This document shows, piece by piece, positions 8,227-15,598 of a stretch of DNA of 24,110 nt; position 1 is the first letter of the stretch; every line of letters begins with the position of its first letter. Under the pieces are notes generated by a model. It had not been told where the DNA came from. It did no database searches and saw only the letters and a list, made by a program, of their open reading frames with translations. Both the position numbers and the translations under genes were made by a program. Source of the DNA: a virus (Duplodnaviria > Caudoviricetes). The stretch is from IMG/VR virus record IMGVR_UViG_3300021197_000579, positions 1-24,110 of that record. The stretch is one strand, 5' to 3'.

Positions 8227-8398
8227 TGCTAACCTCCATAAGCTCGATAATCTGATTGTTATAATAAAGAAGTTCTTTAATATGAAATTCTGTAAGTCTT
8301 TCTGAAACAGTTGCGCTTCTAAGACCTTTTGCATGAACCTCTCTTGCTTGAATCAAGAAATGTAATTTCTGTTCTATTGTTCTGTATTCATCAGTCAT
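8207..8398 (-). CDS. Hypothetical protein (63 aa)
   Basis: Fills the operon; GGAG RBS; overlaps neighbours. Confidence 0.65.
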   Translation of the reverse strand: MTDEYRTIEQKLHFLIQAREVHAKGLRSATVSERLTEFHIKELLYYNNQIIELMEVSNAEYTD

Positions 8399-8588
8399 CT
8401 AAGTTCTCCCCTACAAGTACTTTGCACAGTTCTTCTTGGTATAAATTCCAACACTTAGGAAGTGTTTTGTCTAATATATCAAATGCAGTATCCATATCAT
8501 TTTCATCAACTGCATCTATAATTCTAGATGCCCAAAACCTAATAGTCTGTTTATGTGAATGCACTCTATTTTCATCAGTAAATATCAT
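8391..8588 (-). CDS. Hypothetical protein (65 aa)
   Basis: Start reassigned to ATG 8588 within the repeated leader CGTAAAGGAGAATCAAATG. Confidence 0.75.
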   Translation of the reverse strand: MIFTDENRVHSHKQTIRFWASRIIDAVDENDMDTAFDILDKTLPKCWNLYQEELCKVLVGENLDD

Positions 8589-8599
8589 TTGATTCTCCT

Positions 8600-8836
8600 T
8601 TACGCTAAGTGTGATAATTTTGGTTGGTAAGTACAATGTTTACCAAAGTATCTATAGTAATCTTCGTATGCTGATTTAATATCTTTATTGTAAAGACGCT
8701 TAATCATAAGAGAAAGTTCTTCTCTTTTTTTGTGCGAAGATGACCTTTCAATTCTTTGGCAAATCCAATCATATCTCTCCCACAACCAAATTATGTTATC
8801 TAAATAAAATTGTTCTTGTTTTTGAAACTCATTCAT
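8600..8836 (-). CDS. Hypothetical protein (78 aa)
   Basis: Leader AACGCAAAGGAGAATGAAATG. Confidence 0.75.
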   Translation of the reverse strand: MNEFQKQEQFYLDNIIWLWERYDWICQRIERSSSHKKREELSLMIKRLYNKDIKSAYEDYYRYFGKHCTYQPKLSHLA

Positions 8837-8856
8837 TTCATTCTCCTTTGCGTTAA

Positions 8857-8886
8857 AGGGTAGCTAATATAATTATCAACTACCCT
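8857..8886 (-). promoter_or_regulatory. 13-bp hairpin (attenuator, processing or stabilising stem)
   Basis: Minus strand AGGGTAGTTGATA-ATTA-TATTAGCTACCCT with two G.U pairs, followed by TTAACG and the RBS. Confidence 0.6.
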
Positions 8887-8894
8887 AAATTGGC

Positions 8895-9065
8895 TTACAT
8901 ATAACTATTAGAACCCTTGAGGTCTAAAAGTTGATTCACTCTTTTCAAGTCTCCCGACTCTAATGCTTGACGAATCTCAAACTCTTCATGTGATTCGTAT
9001 AGGTCAAGAACATCATCAATGGTTAGAGGTTCTACAATTTCAAATAGTTCTAGTTGATTCGACAT
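8895..9065 (-). CDS. First early gene, acidic hypothetical protein (56 aa)
   Basis: Start reassigned to ATG 9065 (MSNQLELFEIVEP...) after AACGTAAAGGAGAATCAA. Confidence 0.75.
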   Translation of the reverse strand: MSNQLELFEIVEPLTIDDVLDLYESHEEFEIRQALESGDLKRVNQLLDLKGSNSYM

Positions 9066-9137
9066 TTGATTCTCCTTTACGTTAGTTATGTCGCAAACAC
9101 AGACAAGATTTGTTCTGCGTCTATTGTCCACCCACCC

Positions 9138-9693
9138 ACACGATGAAAGGCAATAGTCAAGTGCAGAAGGGATGACCTTCTATCGGGAATCCCCTTGTCA
9201 AAAAAATTAGCTTTACACCCCTGACGAATACTTAATCACAAACGACAATGAGGAAGGGGTGTTCATGTCAAGCGCAAGCTTGACTCAATTATAATAATTA
9301 TTTTGATTCAATCTTTACTTTTGCCGTTTGCCTCGCAATTTATCGTGTAACCTGCAAGGATAATTGAACGACGTAGGGCCAATCATGTGTGTGTGTTCCA
9401 AAGTTGACGAACCCGCATTCGGGTGACAATCACGCCCCTCGATGGGGTGTGAGGGTCAAGTAAGTCGAGGACACGTCCCTTTGCTAGGAAGCTACAAAGC
9501 TAGGAAGAAAGTATGTAACGGAGCGATAGTAGACCGCAAGGGCTACAGCAGAGTGGAATGCTTTGTTCCGTATCTGCAAAGGAAACGGCTCACAGACTTA
9601 CACAACTAAATTATCATACGAGCAAGGCGAGACATGATTCAATAAGGTTCGTAAGAACAAGTTTGTCCACTTGACAAACTAGCGGAGTGCTAA
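9138..9693 (+). ncRNA. Large structured non-coding element (folded ssDNA promoter/origin or large ncRNA)
   Basis: More than 15 mutually compatible helices on the + strand, including long-range 9138-47/9339-48, 9198-209/9295-306, 9215-22/9255-62, 9381-88/9632-39, 9460-66/9595-601, 9478-84/9576-82 and 9518-26/9563-71; GCAA and GTAA tetraloops; no ORF of 60 aa or more. Confidence 0.7.
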
Positions 9694-9749
9694 CGAAGCC
9701 ACAAAAGAAAACAAGAGTTGAATACAAACAATGGGTTAGTTAAGGTGAC

Positions 9750-9780
9750 TTGACAACGAACGACACACCATGTGTATACT
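9750..9780 (+). promoter_or_regulatory. Candidate sigma70 promoter for terS/late operon with 19-bp spacer
   Basis: TTGACA (9750-55), N19, TATACT (9775-80); dyad ACACA-CCA-TGTGT in the spacer. Confidence 0.55.
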
Positions 9781-9807
9781 ACGTCAGTAAATAATCAGGT
9801 CTTGGAT

Positions 9808-10242
9808 ATGACGAAAGCAAACGAAAGCCAACAAGAGAAGTATAGAGGTGGTTTAGTTCCAATGGATGACATTGAGAAACATGCACCGATAGTGAAAGCA
9901 AGTAATGAAAAGATAACTGAAGCACAACAGGAATTAGTGCATGTTATCTTGCATGATGGTTGCAACCCAACAGAAGCATCAAAGAGACTAGGACGCAATA
10001 AGGCTTGGGCATTTAATACGCTTAGAAAACAACATGTTATCGAGTATAGACAACAGTTAGCTATGATGACTTTGGGATGGGACGCAACACAAGCGATGGC
10101 AACGATGAGAGAACTGTTGAATAGTAAGTCACAGTATGTAAGATTAGAAGCCGCTAGAGACTTGATGGACAGAGCAGGATTCAGACAAGACGTTAAGACA
10201 ACAACGAATACAGCAGTGCAGATTAATTTTAACGTAGACTGA
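9808..10242 (+). CDS. terS: Terminase small subunit (HTH)
   Basis: HTH (ITEAQQELV...PTEASKRLG) and RLEAARDLMDRAG...INFN C-terminus typical of TerS; upstream of TerL; start reassigned to ATG 9808. Confidence 0.75.
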   Translation: MTKANESQQEKYRGGLVPMDDIEKHAPIVKASNEKITEAQQELVHVILHDGCNPTEASKRLGRNKAWAFNTLRKQHVIEYRQQLAMMTLGWDATQAMATMRELLNSKSQYVRLEAARDLMDRAGFRQDVKTTTNTAVQINFNVD

Positions 10243-10383
10243 TAGGGGTCCCATAACATTAGTTAAGGTCTGTGAGTAACACGACTTAAAAAACTGACGG
10301 CATACTATATAAGGGTTAAACACATACACGATAGACTTATTAAACCTATTTCAAATTATATTTTTTTTCCTAGGAGGTGATTT

Positions 10384-10962
10384 ATGGGAGACGAAAGAAA
10401 GAAAGAGCCTAAAGACTTAAACCAGAGATTAACAGCATCTCAAGTAGAAGCTAAGAGAACTGGTATTGCTAATAGGCAGATAAGCAGAACATCTGCAATA
10501 AAAGAGCTGACTAAAAGAGAAGCTAACAAAACATCTGGTATTAAAATTTTAGGAAGAGAAATACCTAGCACTATATCTTCAATAGCATCTGGAATGGGAA
10601 GCTTTAGCAGAACAAAGATGATAGAAGGATTAAGAGCTGGGGGAACTGCTGTTAGAGATGAAAGCGGAATGGTGGTTGGCGTTGTTTCTGGTGATAGAGT
10701 TAAGACGTATACTGGCAGAAGTAATTTTAATCCTTTTGGCAAGACTAAGGGTTCTGTGTTTAATGCTGAATCGGGTAGCTATATTGCAGATAGACAAGGA
10801 TACACAGATACTGGAACTAAAGATGCTGAAATGATTGGAGGTCAACCTATTCAATCAGATTCCAGTAGTACAGTTAGTACAGATAATTCCGTTGCTGTTA
10901 GAAAAAGATTGATGCAGACTACCGCAGGGAATGAAGCTTTAAGAAGACGTTACTTAGGATAA
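10384..10962 (+). CDS. Hypothetical protein between terS and terL, possibly virion-associated
   Basis: AGGAGG RBS; G/S/T-rich; coupled to the terL start. Confidence 0.75.
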   Translation: MGDERKKEPKDLNQRLTASQVEAKRTGIANRQISRTSAIKELTKREANKTSGIKILGREIPSTISSIASGMGSFSRTKMIEGLRAGGTAVRDESGMVVGVVSGDRVKTYTGRSNFNPFGKTKGSVFNAESGSYIADRQGYTDTGTKDAEMIGGQPIQSDSSSTVSTDNSVAVRKRLMQTTAGNEALRRRYLG

Positions 10963-12503
10963 TGAATTTAGATTACAAACCCCCAGGACCGATAGCTAAA
11001 GCTTTCTTAAAAGATGAGTCTTTCTTAAGAGGTATTAGAGGGCCAGTTGGTTCTGGTAAATCTGTTACTTGTTGTATGGAGATTATGAGGAGAGCCGTAC
11101 AGCAAAAGCCTAATCAGAATAAAATACGCAGAACAAGATGGGCTGTCATCCGCAATACAAATCCTCAATTAAAAACTACCACCATTAAGACATGGAGAGA
11201 TTGGTTCTCCGATGATATTGGCAGATTCGTGTGGTCTCCTCCCTACACACATTATGTTAATTTTGCTCTTGGTGATGGTACTACTGTTGAACTTGAAGTC
11301 ATCTTTTTGGCTTTAGATAAACAGGAGGATGTGAAGAAACTACTGTCCCTAGAACTGACTGGTGCATTTATTAACGAGGCTAGAGAAATACCTAAGTCTA
11401 TAGTCGATGCTTGTACCATGCGTGTTGGTAGGTTTCCTTCTATGCGAGATGGCGGTCCTTCTTGGTTTGGGGTTATTATGGATACGAATGCTCCTGATGA
11501 AACACATTGGTGGGGCATTATGGCAGGTGAAGTTCCTCCTCCTGAGTATATGAGCCAAGAAGAAAAGATGCTTCTTGTTAAACCTGATGATTGGAGCTTT
11601 TTTAGACAAGAAGGCGCAATGGTAGAGAATCGTGATAGTAATGGTACTTTATTAGGTTACGAAAAGAACCCAAAGGCAGAGAATAAAGAGAATATACAGC
11701 CAGATTACTATGAGAAGATTATTCTTGGTAAAAGCCAACAATGGGTAAAGGTATATGTTCTTAATGAATACCAAGCATTATTAGATGGTAAGCCTGTTTA
11801 TCCGTCATTTAATAAAGAACAGCATGTAGCTAAGTCTCCGATAGAGCCAATAGAGAGCAGAGAGATAATTGTTGGTATAGATTTCGGCAGAACACCTTCT
11901 GCTGCTTTCTGTCAGCAACTTTATTCTGGTAAATGGGTCGTGTTTCATGAATTAGTGGGTCAGGACATGGGTGCAGGTAGGTTTGCAGACATATTGAAGA
12001 GAGATATCCACAAAAACGGATGGGATAAGTTTGAATTTAAATTTATAGGAGATCCAGCAGGGAATCAAATGGCTCAAACATCGGAACAAACGCCATTTAT
12101 GATACTTCGGGCTAATGGTATTAATGCATATCCAGCTCCGAGCAATGATACTATTATTAGAGTAGAGTCTGTTGAGTCCGTATTGAATAGAATGTCTGAT
12201 GGTTATCCATCTTTTACTATAAGCCCTACTTGTCAGGTATTAATATCAGGCTTTGAAGGTGGTTATCAATATAAACGCCAGTATCATATGGGGAATGAGC
12301 GTTATGAAGAGAAGCCAAGCAAGAACAGATTTTCTCATATTCACGATGCTTTGCAATATGCGTTCTTAGGAGGTGGTGAGGGTGTGAAAGTAACGCATGG
12401 TTTTGGACATCGAAGCCCCCATACAACCGTTAATAGGGCTGGAAGCCCATTTTCGAGACTTAAACAAAGACAAGGCAGAAAAAAAGGCTTTGCCAGACTA
12501 TGA
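10962..12503 (+). CDS. terL: Terminase large subunit
   Basis: Walker A GPVGSGKS, Walker B-like FINEARE, nuclease motifs GIDFGRTP and HIHDALQY. Confidence 0.95.
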   Translation: MNLDYKPPGPIAKAFLKDESFLRGIRGPVGSGKSVTCCMEIMRRAVQQKPNQNKIRRTRWAVIRNTNPQLKTTTIKTWRDWFSDDIGRFVWSPPYTHYVNFALGDGTTVELEVIFLALDKQEDVKKLLSLELTGAFINEAREIPKSIVDACTMRVGRFPSMRDGGPSWFGVIMDTNAPDETHWWGIMAGEVPPPEYMSQEEKMLLVKPDDWSFFRQEGAMVENRDSNGTLLGYEKNPKAENKENIQPDYYEKIILGKSQQWVKVYVLNEYQALLDGKPVYPSFNKEQHVAKSPIEPIESREIIVGIDFGRTPSAAFCQQLYSGKWVVFHELVGQDMGAGRFADILKRDIHKNGWDKFEFKFIGDPAGNQMAQTSEQTPFMILRANGINAYPAPSNDTIIRVESVESVLNRMSDGYPSFTISPTCQVLISGFEGGYQYKRQYHMGNERYEEKPSKNRFSHIHDALQYAFLGGGEGVKVTHGFGHRSPHTTVNRAGSPFSRLKQRQGRKKGFARL

Positions 12504-12895
12504 AATGGATATTCTGTTTTAGGGAAAGCCCTAACAGAGGACTGTGGAAACTATTTACTTTATTTAGACCTAACTTTGGGCATGTGTATTGTATAAGATT
12601 TGTACCAGAAGAAGGCTTTTGGTTATATATGGAGTGCGCTAGTCAAAGAATGATAGTAGAAGCACTAAGAGATAATGAAGCAGATGAAGTTGTATATGAC
12701 ATGATTAATAATTGTATTTGTGTTGAGATAGAACAACTTAAAGAAACTATACAAATACCACGTTGGCTTTATTGTGTTTCTTTTGCAACTCATGTAGCAG
12801 GTATAAGAGGAACATTTATTTACACACCTTATCAATTATATTGTGAATTGCTTAAAAAAGGCGGAAGTATAATCTTCCAAAAAGAAGGAGATTAG
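12500..12895 (+). CDS. Hypothetical protein (131 aa)
   Basis: ATGA overlap with terL; has FGHVY and YCV motifs (possible NlpC/P60-like His/Cys pair, unverified). Confidence 0.75.
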   Translation: MKWIFCFRESPNRGLWKLFTLFRPNFGHVYCIRFVPEEGFWLYMECASQRMIVEALRDNEADEVVYDMINNCICVEIEQLKETIQIPRWLYCVSFATHVAGIRGTFIYTPYQLYCELLKKGGSIIFQKEGD

Positions 12896-12897
12896 TT

Positions 12898-13128
12898 ATG
12901 GGATTTGGAAGAACACCATCACCAAGGGTAGATCCTGAGCTTGCAAAGCAAAGAGAAGCTGAACAAAAAAGATTGGCAGAAGAAGAAGCCAAAATTGCCG
13001 CTAGAAAAGAAGAATCAGAAAGAGTAAGAGTTGCAAACCTTAGAGGTCAGCAATCTTTGCAAAGTGAAGAGCTAGAAGGCTTTACTGGTTATAGAAGAAA
13101 ATCAATGGGAAAATCCATAAGGAGTTAA
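12898..13128 (+). CDS. Small coiled-coil virion/assembly protein upstream of the portal
   Basis: AGGAG RBS; positional analogue of small pre-portal genes in T7/BPP-1-like phages. Confidence 0.7.
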   Translation: MGFGRTPSPRVDPELAKQREAEQKRLAEEEAKIAARKEESERVRVANLRGQQSLQSEELEGFTGYRRKSMGKSIRS

Positions 13129-13129
13129 T

Positions 13130-14713
13130 ATGAGAGGTGGGGGTTCGCCAGACGGCAACTACGCTATTAGCGGTGATACAGGTGATGAAGCTGTATTCAA
13201 AAGAGTAATGGCGAGATACAACAAAGCTAAAGGTAGGTGGAACTCTTGGACTGACCTATGGGAAGAAATATATGATTATGTTTTACCTCATAGAGAAAGT
13301 TTCTTTCAGGAAAGTGCCGCAAGCAGAAGAACAGAAAACATCTATGATGAAACTGCTGTTGTGGGATTACCTAAGTTTGCGTCTAGATTACAGTTAGGTT
13401 TTTTCCCTCCTAATGGTAGGGCGTTTACGTTAATGCCCGGTCCTGAGTTTCCAAAGCAAGCGATAAATAAACAGTTACTTGAAGAGCTAGATAGAATAAC
13501 AGAGCTTCTGCATGAAGGTTTAAGGAACTCTAATTTTAATGCAGAGATGCATGAAGGCTTACAAGACCTTGGATTAGGCACAATGAATCTCCTGTGTGAG
13601 GAGGGCAGGTTTAATGGTGATTTGCATTTTACAGCAGTACCACCAACTAACCTTGCCCTACTTGCAGGAAACATGGATACAGTATCTGATTGGTTTAGGT
13701 GGAACAATGAAATGGACTTAACTGAGGTTAAGCATCGTTTTCCAAAAGCAAACTATACAGAACAAATGTTAAAGGAACAGAAAAAGAATCCTACACGCAA
13801 AACTAAAATCATCGAAGCCACAATGTATGATGAGACAGATAAGTTTAAGGATGAATACACTTATTACCTTTTATCCGAAACTGACAAAGCTGTTCTTTTA
13901 AAAGAAACACTGAAGGGTAAAGGCTCTACACCTTGGATAACAACAAGATGGTCTAAGTCTGGTTTTGAGGTTTGGGGTCGTGGCCCTGTTTTACAAGCAA
14001 TGCCTGCAATTAAAACATTAAACCTTACAGTACAGTTAATACTAGAAAACGCTGAAATGGCTATAGCAGGAAGTTATGTTTATGATGATGATGGTGTATT
14101 TAATCCAGATAATATAACTATACAGCCAGGAACTTTCATTCCTAGAAGTCCAGGTTCTAGCATTGATAGTTTGCAGAGTGCAGGACGTTTTGACGTTGCT
14201 CAACTAGTTTTAGATGACATGAGACGTAACGTAAGAAAAGCGTTATTTATAGATGAGCTAGACACAAGACCGAATGCAAGAACTCCATTGTCTGCTACAG
14301 AGGTATCTGAAAGACTTGCTGATGTTGCAAGAGACATGGGTGCTGTTGCAGGACGTATGCAAAAAGAATTTCTACAGCCGTTAGTAGAAAGAATTATCTA
14401 CATATATACCAAGCAAGGCATACTTGATATGCCTAAGGTAGATGGTAAAGAACTAAAGGTTGTTCCTGTTTCTCCATTATTAAGAGCGCAAGACCAACAA
14501 GATGTTGCAGACTTTGTAAGATTTCAACAAACTGTGGCAGGGACTTTTGGCCCAGAGATTACTCCAGCTCTTTACAACCAAGAAAAAGTAATCAAATATC
14601 TTGCTTCTAAATTTGGAATTATGGAAGACCTATTAGCTGATGAAAGCCAAGTACAAAATAATGTTGATATGATTCAACAATTAATGGCGGCACAGCAAGG
14701 ACAACCACAATGA
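13130..14713 (+). CDS. Portal (head-to-tail connector), T7 gp8-like
   Basis: WEEIYDYVLP, RW....EVWGRGP, SATEV..R and GR...EFLQPLVER motifs; size and position. Confidence 0.93.
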   Translation: MRGGGSPDGNYAISGDTGDEAVFKRVMARYNKAKGRWNSWTDLWEEIYDYVLPHRESFFQESAASRRTENIYDETAVVGLPKFASRLQLGFFPPNGRAFTLMPGPEFPKQAINKQLLEELDRITELLHEGLRNSNFNAEMHEGLQDLGLGTMNLLCEEGRFNGDLHFTAVPPTNLALLAGNMDTVSDWFRWNNEMDLTEVKHRFPKANYTEQMLKEQKKNPTRKTKIIEATMYDETDKFKDEYTYYLLSETDKAVLLKETLKGKGSTPWITTRWSKSGFEVWGRGPVLQAMPAIKTLNLTVQLILENAEMAIAGSYVYDDDGVFNPDNITIQPGTFIPRSPGSSIDSLQSAGRFDVAQLVLDDMRRNVRKALFIDELDTRPNARTPLSATEVSERLADVARDMGAVAGRMQKEFLQPLVERIIYIYTKQGILDMPKVDGKELKVVPVSPLLRAQDQQDVADFVRFQQTVAGTFGPEITPALYNQEKVIKYLASKFGIMEDLLADESQVQNNVDMIQQLMAAQQGQPQ

Positions 14714-14964
14714 AGGAGAAAATAAATGTTTCAATCGATGGGAGAGGATACAGTCAACAAGTTGATAAAGACCTTAATAGCAAAGCCTATGGTTTGTTCG
14801 GCTCAGGTATCGGAAAAGATTTTTTGTCGTACTTGGAATCTATCACAACGAATAACATCTATCCTGCAGGAGTGGGAATCGAAACTCTAGCACACGCTGA
14901 AGGAGCAAGATGGTTAGTAGCTATAATTAAAAAACGTACTGAGTTAGGAAGAAAAGATGGCTAA
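14710..14964 (+). CDS. Bbp19-like small protein
   Basis: F....GKDFLSYL...AHAEGARWLV pattern immediately after the portal. Confidence 0.7.
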   Translation: MKEKINVSIDGRGYSQQVDKDLNSKAYGLFGSGIGKDFLSYLESITTNNIYPAGVGIETLAHAEGARWLVAIIKKRTELGRKDG

Positions 14965-15094
14965 ACCTAAAAATCCAGAACTATACGCAAGAGCAAAAGC
15001 TATTGTTAAAGGAAGAGTTAAAAAATGGCCTTCAGCTTATGCATCAGGTCAGTTAGTACAGCAATATAAAAAGATGGGTGGTACATACGCATAA
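14957..15094 (+). CDS. Small basic protein (45 aa), resembling the N-terminal half of DUF5872-like proteins
   Basis: Manual translation MAKPKNPELYARAKAIVKGRVKKWPSAYASGQLVQQYKKMGGTYA. Confidence 0.7.
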   Translation: MAKPKNPELYARAKAIVKGRVKKWPSAYASGQLVQQYKKMGGTYA

Positions 15095-15324
15095 TGAGTC
15101 TTACTAAATGGTTTAATGAAGATTGGCGTGATATATCTACCAAGAAGGACGGCAAACATCCTAAATGTGGCAGAAAGATGGGAGATGGCAGAGGTTATCC
15201 CAAATGTGTCCCTGCATCAAAAGCTTCATCGATGACAAAAGCTGAAAAAAGAAAAGCAGTACAAAGAAAGAAATCTACCAACCCTAGTAGTGGGGGACAA
15301 AAGCCCACATATGCGAGGACATAA
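15094..15324 (+). CDS. Small basic protein, resembling the C-terminal half of DUF5872-like proteins
   Basis: LTKWFNEDW...CGR...YPKCVP motif. Confidence 0.75.
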   Translation: MSLTKWFNEDWRDISTKKDGKHPKCGRKMGDGRGYPKCVPASKASSMTKAEKRKAVQRKKSTNPSSGGQKPTYART

Positions 15325-15325
15325 T

Positions 15326-15598
15326 ATGAGCAAAGGACCAGCATGGCAACGCAAAGAGGGCAAGAATCCAGAAGGCGGTCTGAACGCCAAAGGCAGAGCA
15401 TCTTACAACAGGGAAACAGGAGGAAAGCTCAAGCCACCAGTTTCGAGAAAAGAAGCAAAGAAAAGTCCAGCGAAAGCTAAAAGACGTATAGCATTTTGTA
15501 AGCGAATGATGGGTATGAAAAAGAAACTTACAAGTAAAAAGACGGCTAATGACCCTAACAGTCGTATCAATAAAGCACTAAGGAAGTGGGATTGTTAA
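15326..15598 (+). CDS. Basic DUF6321-like protein
   Basis: PAWQRKEGKNPEGGLNAKGRAS...FCKRM...LRKWDC; start reassigned to ATG 15326 after GAGG. Confidence 0.75.
   Translation: MSKGPAWQRKEGKNPEGGLNAKGRASYNRETGGKLKPPVSRKEAKKSPAKAKRRIAFCKRMMGMKKKLTSKKTANDPNSRINKALRKWDC

Noticed and set aside
8586-9085. Repeated 23-bp motif as a CRISPR-like array
   Set aside because: Copies contain the RBS and ATG, are separated by whole genes of about 230-250 bp, and no cas genes are present.
9518-9571. GAGC...GCAA...AC stem as a possible group II intron domain V (including permuted types near terminases)
   Set aside because: It folds as a three-way junction rather than the 34-nt D5 hairpin, and there is no RT/maturase in the window. 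A covariance search would be needed to exclude it fully.
9586-9602. GCTCACAGACTTAC resembles the group I intron R element
   Set aside because: No downstream S element (AAGATATAGTC-like), its complement lies upstream, and no gene is interrupted.
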